NCBI GenBank assembly: GCA_000165425.1
Contig: CT867992.1
Location: 62,001 to 126,000, forward strand
Length of the DNA: 64,000 bases
From: Paramecium tetraurelia
Taxonomy: Eukaryota
Direction: 5' to 3'
Below, one piece after another: positions 1 to 12,857 of the stretch. Under the pieces are notes generated by a model, which had not been told where the DNA came from, did not search any database, and worked only from the letters and a program-made list of their open reading frames with translations. Each line of letters opens with the position of its first letter. The stretch's first letter is position 1. The position numbers and the translations under genes are program-made.

Positions 1-330
1 TTGATTGAGTAATATGAATGAGTTTATCTATTTTAATTAATCAAGACAAAATTGGACATTCTATAAGAAGATAACTATATTAATTGTAAAGAAGCTTGCC
101 TCTATGATCATTCTTTTGGTCGCGAATGGAAATTAATTATTGTTTTTTGGATGATCTTCTAGTGCCGACATATGATGATTCAAAATAGTATAAATGTAAG
201 GTTATTAATTTTGACTTTTTTACTATTAGATTCCTTTTGATTTGAAACGATTTAATTTAGTTAATATTAATTAAAACTATTGTGACTTAATCCAATATAA
301 GGAGAAATATTATATTATATTAATAAATAT

Positions 331-1375
331 ATGAGTAACCCCTTTTAGATTGTTCCATCTGATACTTTTTTGAATATACTTAACCAAAATAACTACTCGG
401 TAGTGGATATGGATGAAGATTATAGAGCCGAATAGGATTGGATGTTTGAAAACGATTGCAATGTTATGGAAGAATAGATATTGCAATAGGAGCCTCTAAT
501 GCCAGAACGATCAAAGGCATTAATTGGAGGAGAATTATTGCAGAAATATAAAAAAAATAAGGATGATGAACTCTTGAAAAAAAATAAAGAGGTTTTTCAA
601 GCGAATCAATCTAAAAGCATTTACCTGAACAAAATTCAATAATTAATAGATAAACCCACAATGGTTGGCAAGCCAAAGCAAACGTAAATCTTATTTATTT
701 GTAAAGTCGTTAAAAAGTGATTGTTGATAGTGACTCATCAGATGGAAAGAATAGATTGGCTAAGAACAGAGAATCTGCTCGAAATTCGAGGAAGAGGAAA
801 AAGGTCTATATAGAATTATTGGAAATCAAGGTGAAGGAATTAACAGAGCAATTGCAATAATTAGAATATGTAGTTTAATAAAACAAAATTAAACATCTTT
901 AAGTAGTTATTTACATATGATCTTAAAATTTAGCTTGAGAACTTTATCGAAGATTATCACAGATCAATTGCGCAACTAAATGACACAACATCTATTCAAT
1001 TGTTGCATGAGAACTTTGGTGCGACATCTCAGAGAAGATGGATGGTATGCACTGAACTCATTAATCTATTAATTGAGACAACTATCCCAATTGAAGTCAA
1101 GAAATTGATGGAGTCTGCGAAAAAGGGCACTGATATGTTCATTCAACCATTGCTTCAACATAATCCATGTTTAAATTATCGAGATTATTTTAAATAAGGG
1201 ACAATAGATTTAGAAATGTATTCATTTATTTAAATTGAGAGCAACAAAAAATTTTGGTTTGGCTTATGATAAAATAAGAGAGCAAGTTTTTGCTTTGGAG
1301 AGGTTTAAATAAGATATCATTTAAAAATTAGGAGCACATTCTTATATCGAGTACTTAAATTCATAACAATTGTGA
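331..1375 (+). CDS. bZIP transcription factor (spliced, ~3 tiny introns)
   Basis: Basic region plus zipper RLAKNRESARNSRKRKKVYIELLEIKVKELTEQLQQLE at ~755-870. ATG 331; TGA 1373-1375 after removing GT-AG introns; TAA/TAG read as Gln. Confidence 0.85.
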
Positions 1376-1456
1376 ATTAAATATATTTATAACAAACACA
1401 TTTATAGTACTAATGCAAATTGAAATGTAATTTATAAATGATATTAATTTTAAATT

Positions 1457-2110
1457 ATGATTAATCGAACAATTTAATTTGTGAAAGAAACTCTTTGTCA
1501 TGCTGAAAGTGGACACGATTACTTCCATATTGAGAGAGTTCTCAAAATGGCCACTCGCATAGCTAATGAGGAGAGCAAACATAAGCAAGTTAATTTGAAT
1601 TTGGTTCAATTGGGAGCTCTATTACATGACATAGCAGATCATAAATTCCATGGTGGAGACGATACTATCGGACCTAAAGTAGCTAGGCAATTCTTAGAAA
1701 AGGACGGAGAAGCCCATGAGGACTTGATTAAACAAGTAGAAGATATCATCAAGGAAATATCCTTCAAAGGCGCCAAAGTGAAAGACCAGATGTCAACCTT
1801 TGAAGGACAAATAGTTTAGGATGCTGATAGATTGGATGCTCTTGGAGCCATTGGTATAGCCAGATGCTTCACTTATGGTGGATACAAAAATAGATAATTG
1901 TATAATCCAGATTAGAAGCCTTAATTACATGACAACTTCTAGGATTACAAGAAAAATGAGTCAACTACTATCAACCATTTCTATGAAAAGCTATTGTTAT
2001 TAAAAGATAGAATGAACACAGAAACCGGAAAGAAAATTGCTGAAAATAGACATTAAATTATGGTGAATTATTTAGATCAATTTTTAAAAGAATGGGAGGG
2101 AATTGATTGA
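1457..2110 (+). CDS. HD-domain phosphohydrolase, YedJ/YpgQ-like, intronless, 217 aa
   Basis: Motifs [73 protein letters not shown]. Single open frame with TAA/TAG=Gln. Confidence 0.93.
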
Positions 2111-2846
2111 ATTATTATGTGTATATAATAAATATCACACCAATCTTACATTAATATTAAAGCTATCCTCTCAGCCATCATTGAAATACAACACATTGAT
2201 CTCTTAAAAGACAAAATGATCTAGCCGAATTCATTTATGTGTTACTTTTTTGAAATGATCTCCCCACTCATTCTTAACTTGGTGATAGATTTGTGTGATT
2301 TTTATAATACATAATGACTAATAGTCAGCAAAAAACAAAAAATCTTTGAAAGCTATTATTTAATTTATAAAAACATATTAAACTTTTTAATAATGTTTAT
2401 TTGTGATTATTTTCTAACTAAAAAATTTGTCATAACATTGAATATTTACAATTAATATAAATATCATTTCGATAACCCCCCTATCGTTATGATATTATTT
2501 ATTTTTTAATAGGAAAAATAGAAATTCAAAATTCCTAAAATTTATAAGTCGAAATGCTCATCATACTGAAATTAAATATATATTATATATTCATGATTCT
2601 ATAATAAATTTTTGAAGTTTAGATAAGGATGATATTTTCAAGTTTATATTAAATGATATGATTTCACTATTTTGATTACATAGGAATATTATTTGTATTC
2701 TACATTTGTTTACATCAACAAAGAGAAAATTGAATACTCATTCATTTAGTTTTCCTATTTCTTCATTTAAAGAGAATGCTATTTTCAAATAATGAATTGT
2801 TCTCCTTTGTGAATTTTGTTCTTTTACTATCAATTTATATCATAAC

Positions 2847-3847
2847 ATGTGGGTTTTAGACCAATCCAATAGAGAATTAATTCTGGTTGTAAAGGAATTA
2901 GAATTTATTCCATTTAATAAAATTTAATGGAGTAGAATACAAAAGTTAATTAAGAATATGTAAGTGATATACTTATCCTTTAGTTTAAAAAGCTGAAATT
3001 AATCCAGAAGAAAATGGAGGACATAAAAGCTGATTAAAGTCCAAGCGTAATAAAGTATATGGTAAGAAGGAAAAGTGCAGAAGAGGTCTAGACACCTTTG
3101 CATGATGTTGAATTTAATCAGGAGAAAAAGAAAAAGAAACTATTGCTTTTCAAAACATTCTAAAAAGTTGTTGTTGACCCAATCATCAAATTGGATGAAA
3201 TAAATGAAGAAAAATGGGCAATAATGTCCAACAACTATAAATCATTAATTGAAAAATCAAGGCAAAGTCTCTCAAAACACAGTCAAATATTTTCACCTCC
3301 TAAAGCAACAAAGGAACACCATAAGTTTTAGTTTCTGACTCGAAGATAATCAATAGAATTTCGACTTCGTGAAATTGCTACAACTCCGAGCAATCATTCA
3401 TCTGTATCTCCCATAAAAATAATGTCTAATCCTCAAATTGCAGATCCTAATTATGATAGATTCAAAAAGTATTATCAGAAAATAGGGATTGTAGCTGATA
3501 ATCCTGTGCAAATGAAGTTCAAATAATTAATGTCTACTCCAGTAGCTCCTCAGAAAAGAAAGGAAAAAAGCTAGCATTCTTGTAATAATTCCTAATAACA
3601 TTCAACTTCTCCTCCAAAGAATAAAACTCTCCATCTCAAAGCCAATCATAATTCATTATATTTGTAGGAGATCAAAGAGATCTGTTCAGTTGCATAGAAT
3701 TATTAAGCACATGTGAAATAGGATGAGAGGATTTAAATTCATTAAACCAGCAAATAAATGGGGTACATATAAGCTGAGTTCAATAAATTCCACAACATGT
3801 TAACTACAGATTTAGAAAGATTAGATTTTTATGATGAGAAGAAATGA
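2847..3847 (+). CDS. hypothetical protein
   Basis: ATG 2847 (MWVLDQSNRELILVVKE), one probable intron at ~2960-2983, long TGA-free frame to TGA 3845-3847. No domain recognised. Confidence 0.6.
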
Positions 3848-3909
3848 ACTTCAGAATTTATGAATAAATTACTATCTATTTTGATAGATTTGGATATCTT
3901 AATAATTTG

Positions 3910-4882
3910 TCATTATAATTTCTGGTAGACTAAATCAATATATCTTATCATTTCCTATTTCACTTGTCCTTTGGCCATGTAAAAAGGAATAGACATTTTG
4001 AAATCACATAAGGAGTACATTCTCACAAAAGAATAGTCATCGAAGTTTTTATTTTTGAATCTTCATTTCTTAACATGAATATATACCTATTATTAATGTA
4101 ATCGTTATTAATTAAATTTGAGAGCGGCTGAATTAAGTAACCGCTCAGTAAAATTTCACCTCTCACCTTATTCTTAATAGGATATTAGGAATCTGTGATG
4201 GATTTACTAACGTCACACCAAACCTACTTAATAAATATTAAATAAAAACATTTGTGTCAATTTGTTTAGTTTTCTTATAATAGATAAATTCCCTTGCAGA
4301 AGTCATCAGAATCGGTTTATAGCTTAAATAAACGACTGATTCTTTGCTCTCCTCATTCTGTTTAATAGGATAGAAAGCATCAATACGAGGATCTAATTCT
4401 TTTTATTTTTAAAAATGGCTCGTAAAATCAATAAAATTTTGAGGCTTCCCTGGAACTATGAATTCACATCTAGTTGCATTTACTTTTGTTTTCTTATCAA
4501 TCTCCATTTATTTAATAAATAATTTCAACGAACTTTTCGTATTGATATTATCACATAAGATAATCCAATCATCAATTGGAGAGATGCTATAGTCACATTT
4601 CTCTTGTATTTCTTTGACAAGCTCTTCCTAAATTTGTTCATATTATTCAAATTCATTTGTAGTTCCTCTTTCATTCAAAGAACAAGCAGTTGTAATTGTC
4701 TCATTGGACAACTGAATTTTGCTCAAGAAATAACAAATGGGTTTATCTTCATATAGCAGGATTTATCTTCTTTATTGGCCATAGGTTATTTCTTTCATAT
4801 ACTCCAACTCATCTTGAATGTCCTTGGATGCAATAGATGTTCTGGTGGCATTTCGCTCTTACACACAACACTATGATCCCAT
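3910..4882 (-). CDS. START-domain (lipid-transfer-like) protein with N-terminal acylation motif
   Basis: Starts MGSQCC (myristoyl/palmitoyl-type). START-like segments VVYLSYKPILMTSAREFIYYKK, SKSITDSQYPIKNKVRGEILLSGYLIQP. Confidence 0.7.
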
Positions 4883-5034
4883 TTATATTAATAATATTTT
4901 ATCTTAGTGAAATGCTAATTATCACAAAATAAATCGAATATCATATCTTATTAATGCTTTTACTATTAAAATGTTAAAAATTATCAGAAATAAAATATGT
5001 TGTTATAAGATCATTAAATTGGCTGGACCTTTCA

Positions 5035-6466
5035 TCACTCATCTCTATATGGACATTTCATCTATTAATTTACGAAGGTGGCTTCATATTATGTAAAACA
5101 GTCAAAACAAGCCGCATGTCGATTACAAGGGAACATTCTTGCATCGATTACATCTCCTAAACAAATTGGACACGTTTAAGGATTAGTTAATGGTAAGGGA
5201 GTCATTCGTTTACGTAACCTGATTGAAATGCGTTTGATTTTAAGAACTATATATTTTGGAAATCTACAACAAAGTTGACTTACGAATAAGTATAGAAATT
5301 ATAGGAACACTGCTAGTATTTTAAACATCTGAATTATAAACGAAACTAGTATGCAAATAAAGCAAAGACATATCAGCACAAAAGGCAAACTAGCTCTAAT
5401 TTTGTAATTATCATTGCATGAATATGATTTCATTGTGTGACACTCATTCAAACAACTTTCCTCCAAACAGGAAGAACAAGAATTCTCTACTGGAACTGTT
5501 GAAAATAACAAACACTGATTATAGTAATCTACTGCCAATTCATTTGTTTAATTGTGTTTAAGTAGAATTTAGAGTCTGTATTTAAAGTTTACATCCTATA
5601 TTTAATAATACTCTTCTTCGATCTTCATGCAAAGTATATTTTGATAATTAATTTGTAGACTCTTGCTATAATATTGATAACAAATTCCTTTATTCGTGAA
5701 AATAGCAAATACAAAAGCATCTTAAATTGAAAATAGATATTTAATCTTGATATTTGAGTCTTCGTGATACCAAAATAACACTTTAGTAGGCACAGTGTAA
5801 TTAACTTGATGAGAATTCATAAAGACAGCGGTTCCATTATTCCAATATTATGTTGAAAATACACCATTTTGAGTACTAAACCAAACCTTCTCATCAAGTT
5901 GATGAATGTTTTCGTTTAGAAAAATAATATGGAATTGATGGTCTGTGTTTAAATATGTGAATGTTAAGTTAGCATCGTAATTATAGACTTCAATGGATGT
6001 GTGAGAATGATTTTTTGGTTTCACTAATGTACTATTGAGTATTTTCATATTTTGGGTTAATATGTTCTTTACATATAAGGACTGGTTTTGATATTGAGCA
6101 ACAAAGTAAGAGGATGTGATAGTTATATTTGTGAAATTATCATTCGTAATATTAAATGATTCTGTTATGCTTAGAGTGGTTTCATTCTATTTTTCATAAA
6201 GGGAATAAACAATAATCAGATCTTGATTCCTAAATTAGTTTCTATGAATAATACCATACAGCAAGAAAATGATTTTGGAGACAGAATTCTGTCATGTTTT
6301 AGGAAATAATTGAATAGTGATTTGTGTTTTAAAGATAGGAATAAGCAATATCATTGTCTCTATTGAAGATTATGTAATTTTTATAAAGGGTACTATGAGG
6401 ATGAGTAATATTGAGTTTCCTAAATGCAAATAGTATTTGGAAGTGTAATAATATTAGAAATATCAT
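5035..6466 (-). CDS. signal-peptide, single-pass membrane protein with C-terminal RING-HC-like finger
   Basis: Hydrophobic N-terminus MIFLILLHFQILFA; TM segment LPFVLICLCFICILVSFII; C-terminal CPICLGDVIDARMFPCNRHAACFDC...KCPYRDE*. Confidence 0.7.
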
Positions 6467-6570
6467 ATTAATTATATAAAAAGAAATTCAAATGTAAATT
6501 TGGATAAGGAATTCAAAACAGTTTTAAAATAAATAAATAAATTATTTAATACCAATCATGGCTACCCTGA

Positions 6571-6896
6571 ATGTACAGATTAACGTGAATCAATACTAAC
6601 TGATATTGTAGAAGGAAAAAGCCAAGAATGCCTATTAACTTTAAAAAAAGGACTTTCCTTGTGGCCCAATTAACATCTATGAATAAAGATTCAACTCTGT
6701 CAATTTCTCGAATCAGAAAATCAATGAAGTCATTGGATGGATTCTCATAATAGCTGTCATTTTAATGATGCTCGTCATGACCTTATCTCTAATTCAAGAT
6801 TCAGTTGTTGGATTTGCTATCCCATTACTTTCAGTAGTCGTGTTCTTCATTGTGTATCTGAACTGGATATCGATGAAATTCTTTATCAACTCATGA
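6571..6896 (+). CDS. small two-TM protein resembling PIG-Y/Eri1 (GPI-GlcNAc transferase subunit Y)
   Basis: VIGWILIIAVILMMLVMTLSL...FAIPLLSVVVFFIVYLNWISMKFFINS* matches the PIG-Y C-terminal W..MK.F pattern. Start is either 6571 with an intron or 6628. Confidence 0.6.
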
Positions 6897-6959
6897 TTGT
6901 GATCAAATATATTCAAACGACTAACTGTCTATTTAAAATATTTTTAGTGTAAATAATTT

Positions 6960-7635
6960 TCATTTTTTTTATTTCCTCTCTTTTTTTTCATCATTATCCT
7001 TATGTTTCTTATGTTTTTTTTCTTCCTTATTTTTACTCTCCTTGCTCTTCTTCTCTTTTTTTTCTTTCTTCTTTTTCTCTTTCTTGATCTTCTTCTCAAT
7101 GCATCCATCTTCTTCCTTCTTCACTTAAACTTAGTATTTGTCTTAATCTCCATAAGCTTCTAATAAATATTACGCTTCTGTATTCTTAGTCTACTTTTTC
7201 ATAGGTCCATTTCCTAATCCTTTCTTTTCATTATTCAATTCATCATCGAAATCTATTTTTGATTTTTTGGTTAACTAAGCCATTTCCTCTTTGGTCAATT
7301 TGACTTGCATTGATTTTTATTCGTCTGGTTATTCGATTCCCAAAGCTATTCTAATTCTTCTTTCATCCTCTTCCTTGGCTCTTTTAAATTCATCATCCAA
7401 TTCTACAATATTTAATTAAAATACAATTAGATTCCAAACCATTACGATCTTCAGGCTTAATATACCAATCCTTCTTTCTCCATTTGCCTCCCTTATCCAA
7501 ATAACCAATTATTGTTGTTTGTCCCAAATATTGTTCCCTATCATGATACTTCATTGTTCTAAGCGACTCCCAGTTGAATTGATCATGTCCTCCTCTGCAT
7601 CCTGGTCGAATTAGATCAGCATTATTTTAATGCAT
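6960..7635 (-). CDS. MMTAG2/C1orf35-like protein
   Basis: RPGCRGGHDQFNWESLRTMKYHDREQYLG...GKWRKKDWY N-terminal signature, followed by a Lys/Glu-rich tail. Confidence 0.85.
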
Positions 7636-7707
7636 TTTTTCTTATTTTATTTATTATTTTTCATACCTTTTTCATTATATTATATTAAGATTTATATTTT
7701 TCATTTT

Positions 7708-8910
7708 TCATTTTTATTAATCATATCTTTCAAACTTAATATCAATTGCCTTGACATTTTATTGCTTCTTTCCCTAATATATGATAACCTGATAACTAAA
7801 GTAAGGAACCAATCCTTTCCTCTTTTTTTCGTAACACTCTGGATCTACACAAGACTTTTTAAAATCATCCTGATGAACAAATATGTCCTTCTTATTTTTA
7901 TCATCCAAAAAAAACCCATACTGTTTGCTTTCATTATAGAATTTCAAGTATCCAATCACCCTTTCAGGTTGACTTGCAATGATTTATTGCTGTGTCTATT
8001 GTGGATTCTATTAGGTTTTCCTAAAGGGATACAGGATTATGCATACGTGACGATTTCTTAGAGAAATTTTGTGTCCTCTTGTTCCTCTATGATTTAGGCT
8101 TAAGTAGCTTGGAATTCTTGAAAATTAAAGACTCTCTTGCCTTTTTATGAAGTCATGGGAGTTATGGGAGCATTCGGCAATTTAGCTGAATATTATTAGT
8201 TAACATTCATAATTTTTTATATTTGTGGTGTGAGAGTCGAAGGTTGATACTATTTATCAATTTTTTATGTTTTTGCACTTTGGACACTCAATCCAATATG
8301 TCCTAAGTCATTCATCGAAAGCACTACATTCAGAGATGGATGCAGCTTCTAACTGCCCTCCTCAGAGAGAGGTCTATTGTATTAGACTGTATTGCTAATC
8401 TATAGGAAGGAATTGATTGTTTGATCTATTATCTTCTTTATGAACTTAAACTTCTTCCTATACGAATTCGTCTATAATTCATAATAATTGTAATCCTCTT
8501 TAAATATTCTAATCGTCCTCATATACCCATGATTTATTATCATCGACAAGAGACCATCATCAATAAAGTACAATTCAATCTTCACCTTAAAAATCTAAGA
8601 AATCAGCTCTAAATTGAGCTATTATCATTTATTAATTTTTTACATATTCGAACTGCTCAGATTGCTAATTTATTATGTATTCAGCTAAGGAACTCACATT
8701 ATTCAATGTTTTATGATGTTATTTAAATTATTATAAACATAAGGTTTGTATTTATTATTGATAAATGTCTGTTTAAAATAGTAATGTTGATAAGCATTAG
8801 AATAATGTTTTAGGCTCTAAAATTAGTACCATATCATTCTATTCTATCAAATTAATACTGGATTCCCTTTTCAGAGTCATTTGACTAGAGCTGATGAGAT
8901 TGCTGTACAT
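7708..8910 (-). CDS. protein with C-terminal cold-shock (CSD/OB) domain
   Basis: GYLKFYNESKQYGFF...KDIFVHQDDF (RNP1/RNP2-like) and KAIDIK near the C-terminus. 5' exons approximate. Confidence 0.7.
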
Positions 8911-9021
8911 ATTTTATTTTAATTATTAAATTGAATTATTAATAAGAAATTGACTTTATTCAAATACATCTAAAGCTTATACATGATCTATAAATTAATT
9001 AAATAATTATTGTGTATTAAA

Positions 9022-9639
9022 ATGAATTAAGAATATAGTTTAATGACGAAAGCTAATATTCCAAATAGTGTAAAAATATCACTAATTTCATAATTGATAA
9101 TGTTGACTGTTGCTATTTTATTTGAGTTTACGCTCTTTTTCACAAATCTGTATGAGATTTACTCACCTCAAATATGCACGATCTCATTCACTGGCAAAAA
9201 AAGATGCTTGAATTATGATGGCAATTACGAAACTTCCACAGTCGATTGTGAGGATTGCAAATTTTTATGCCTCATTTGGCCATTGTCCCTGGCTGAAATT
9301 CTACTATTATTGTGTATTTTTATATGCAAAATATACTACTTTTATACTCTGAAGTGCTGCACTATCATCAAGGTAATATCAATCATTTTAATTGCAATAA
9401 TACTCAGCTTGGAAATCTATTTACTTTTGTTGTTTAACAACAATGTTCCCCAAGTATTAACCTTTAATTATACAATCAAACTATATCCCATCGTCACAAA
9501 ACTAACTATAGGAATTTTGATCTTGTCTATCATTATCGCAATATGGATCGAAGATATTTAAACATTTAAGTATAGGAAGCAAAAATTAATGTCAACCTCG
9601 TCTTCATGTTATTCACAATAATTGTTATAAATTTAGTGA
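9022..9639 (+). CDS. hypothetical four-TM membrane protein (205 aa)
   Basis: Open frame ATG 9022 to TGA 9637-9639 with four hydrophobic segments and a Cys-containing first loop. Confidence 0.7.
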
Positions 9640-9775
9640 TCTAAATATTTATATATATTGTTTATTGAATCAAATAACTTCACATTTTTTACATTCCCTC
9701 TTTACATCCCTCTAATTCAATTATCAATTATTGCCATCCTAAATTTGCATTTAAAGTTGAATTCTAATTATTAAA

Positions 9776-10240
9776 ATGGACATAATTATTAAGTATCTTA
9801 AAATTAGGATTAAATTTTATAAATACAAAAGCATTAACAAACATCCTTCATCCTTGAGTTGCAAATCTATTGTGTCTAAAACTACTATTCAAATATGAGC
9901 TAACTTAGATTAGATATACTGTTATGCACACTTATAAAAATACTAAAGAAAGTTAAGTTTTCAACTCTATCTAATTAGCGATTTAAGAGAATAATCAACC
10001 ACTAGCCAAATTAATTTGTATTTAAATAATTGAAAGAGTATTAAGGTTATGCAATCCTATTTAGTCTTACAAATTGATCCTCTGTTTCAAAAATTGGGTA
10101 ATAGTTACATGATTTCCATGAAGCTTATACATTTCTTGTTTCATGTAAAATTTAAGTAATATTCTAATAAATTTTACAACAAGCCTTCCTCCATATAAGA
10201 AGGTTTTGTGGCTCCTTTTTCGAATGAGTTATATTAAATT
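9776..10240 (+). CDS. possible hypothetical protein
   Basis: Long TGA-free stretch with candidate tiny introns. Boundaries uncertain, no domain recognised. Confidence 0.3.
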
Positions 10241-10248
10241 TATAAAAA

Positions 10249-11874
10249 TCATATTTATTATAATACTTGTAATACTTTCTCATTTAACTCTAATGAATCA
10301 GAATGGTCAGGAAATAACTTAAGTGTTTTTTAAACCAATGAATAACATTGAGAATAATCTTGTTGGTTAAAGTGCAATACACTTAAATTATAGATAGGCT
10401 CATAAATGAACTCGTTACTTTCTATGGCTTTCTAAAAGTTCAGCTTGGCTTTGTCAAATTCTTTTCTTTTCGATTGAACCACCTATATATATTCTAATCT
10501 CATACAGCTAAGTTGTTGTAGGCTTCTCCATGGTGAGGATCATAACATAGAGATATCTTAAGACATTAATAAGCAGTGCCACTATCTCCTAGATTGATAA
10601 ATATCTAAAATATAATGTATTTATTACATGCGATAAGTTATACCATACTTCTGCTCTTTGTTATTCATCGGCCACACTTAAGGCTCTTTCAAAACATGAA
10701 TAGAATAAATCATATTGTCCACTATAAAAGCAGCATAATCCTATATTGTTCCAAATTTCTGCAGTGTACAAACCCAATTATAACTAGAATTAATGTTTAT
10801 TTTTACTAATCGCTTATAAAATTGTAAAGCAGTTTCAGGCTAGTCTAAATAAAAATGTTATGCTCCCAAACTAGCCACAGCTTCAATATTGCAATTATCC
10901 TTAATTAATGTATTTTAATAAAAGGGCAAGGCTTTTTCGGGTTGATTTAATTAATCATAAACTCTAGCTATCCCTATCAAATATGAAATCTCATGAGGAT
11001 ATCGCTCACTGTTCCTTTTATACAGTTCTATTGCTGTGGTTGGCTAATCTAATCTTAGATAAATTCTAATATGTTTATGTATCTAATACTTTGCTAATTG
11101 CAACTAGGTTTTTATCATCTCTTGCATTTTAATAGAACTTTCGAATTGTTTCTCTGCTTCTCTATAGAGTCCTAACATAAAATATGCCTTTCCTAGTCTT
11201 TCCTTCCACCACCAATCTGAATAATTGTTCGCTTAAGTTGCCTCTGCAGCCAATTATAAAGCCTGAATAAATTAACTTATTTACTTTTCTTGGATTATGT
11301 TCAACATAAATTAAATAATCGCATAAAACCCTTGATACTACAGGTTTGGCAGCCATCTTTTTCATGTCTAATTTATCAACCATAATGAATTAGTCTCCCA
11401 TCTATTGTAATGAAGCCGTGCCCAATCTTATATATCTTCCTCCTTATGTCATAGGTCTGGCTGTGCCCAGCCTTGTACCAACTCTTGCAGTCTTTACTGC
11501 ATTCTCTTAGGCTTCCTGTCGATTTGTGACTGGTCTAGCATATCCAGTCTACAATCTCCCCATCTTACTCATTGGTCGAATACCCAAAAATAATATATTC
11601 TTAATACTTAGCCAGCTTGACTTCCAGGTCGTTGTAAACTTGTACCAGGCCTGGCTACTGTGTTGATTGAGTCATCATTCATCAATTGATCACCAATTCC
11701 TTATTCATCTATTTCAATATCATCCAAAAACAATTTTCTGATTAAACTGCTTGCTTTTAAGACCCAAGTAGATTAATCTTAACTATTCACTTAAAGAATC
11801 TTATCGCATAATTGAATAGACTAGTCGTATTTTCTCCTTCTATATCTACTTACTGCAATTGCAAAGTCATCCAT
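10249..11874 (-). CDS. BBS8: BBSome TPR subunit BBS8/TTC8
   Basis: MDDFAIAVSRYRRRKYDQSIQLCDKIL...DDIEIDEQGIGDQLMNDDSINTVARPGTSLQRP, repeated RP(G/V/M)T motifs and TPR repeats. Ends ...PDHSDSLEL. Several tiny introns. Confidence 0.93.
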
Positions 11875-12857
11875 TTTTATAATTTATAATTAATTATTCT
11901 TAATTTATTCGATAACTTATACTCAATTAATCAATACCTACTACTTATCATATTTCTGAGAAATGATCAACTCCAATAAAAAGAGTCAAACAAATATTAT
12001 CATTTTTAATTTCTTGTTTTTAATTTAAGAATCTTACTAATGAAGGTGGGAAGATAATGGTTTCAAAATATCAAGTGAATTAAATTGTAAATGGAAGATA
12101 AATAGCTTAAACAGATTCAATAATTTAGAAATAATTAAAAGAAAAAGGATTTTTCAAAAATGGTTAATTAAAAAATGTACTTAAAAAAGTTACTTATCTT
12201 GGAATTAGTTTTTGGAAGCCAAAATATTCTGATTTAAGGAAATTACCAAAATTTGAATTGGAAATAAATTAAACCTTATCCTTAATCTTAATTGCTTAAG
12301 AAGAAAAGTCAATAGAATATAAATTAATTCAAAATGCTTTTGGGTGGATCTTTAAGAATAAAGATTACTTTGATAACCAATTCTTATTCGTTTGTTAAAA
12401 TAAATATTATTATTTTTTAATTGCTTAAAATCTCATTCATCCCTATAATTTAGATAGTTTATATTTCTTATAAATAAGGGGCAATAATGGATTGACTGTC
12501 AATTATTTTTAATTCTTTTTTAAATATGTGTAAAAAGTCCTCCTTATACATATGAGTTAATTAGAAATGGTTCAAATTCTTAATTATTAAAATTGTTAAT
12601 ATAAATTTAATTAATGCATACTAAAAATATTACATTGATATATTATCAATTGAGTTAAGGTCATGTATGAAATACTCAAATGAGAATGTCCAAATATATA
12701 TTTGGAATGAGTCGCTTTAATGAATTCTCAGTTTTATTTCATATCAGTTTAGAAAGGTATAAAATTATAAGATTAGATTTTGCATCGTTTTGATTAATAC
12801 GCAGTAAATTCTTATAATAAAGTGAATGATTATTTGAAAGCATATTAAAATTTAATA

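Noticed and set aside
7630..8061. 143-aa hydrophobic + strand ORF
   Set aside because: It is antisense to the cold-shock-domain gene, and its hydrophobicity reflects T-rich composition.
12040..12400. Short coding-like stretch upstream of the hemoglobin gene
   Set aside because: I could not establish a coherent start, splice pattern and stop, and no domain was recognised.
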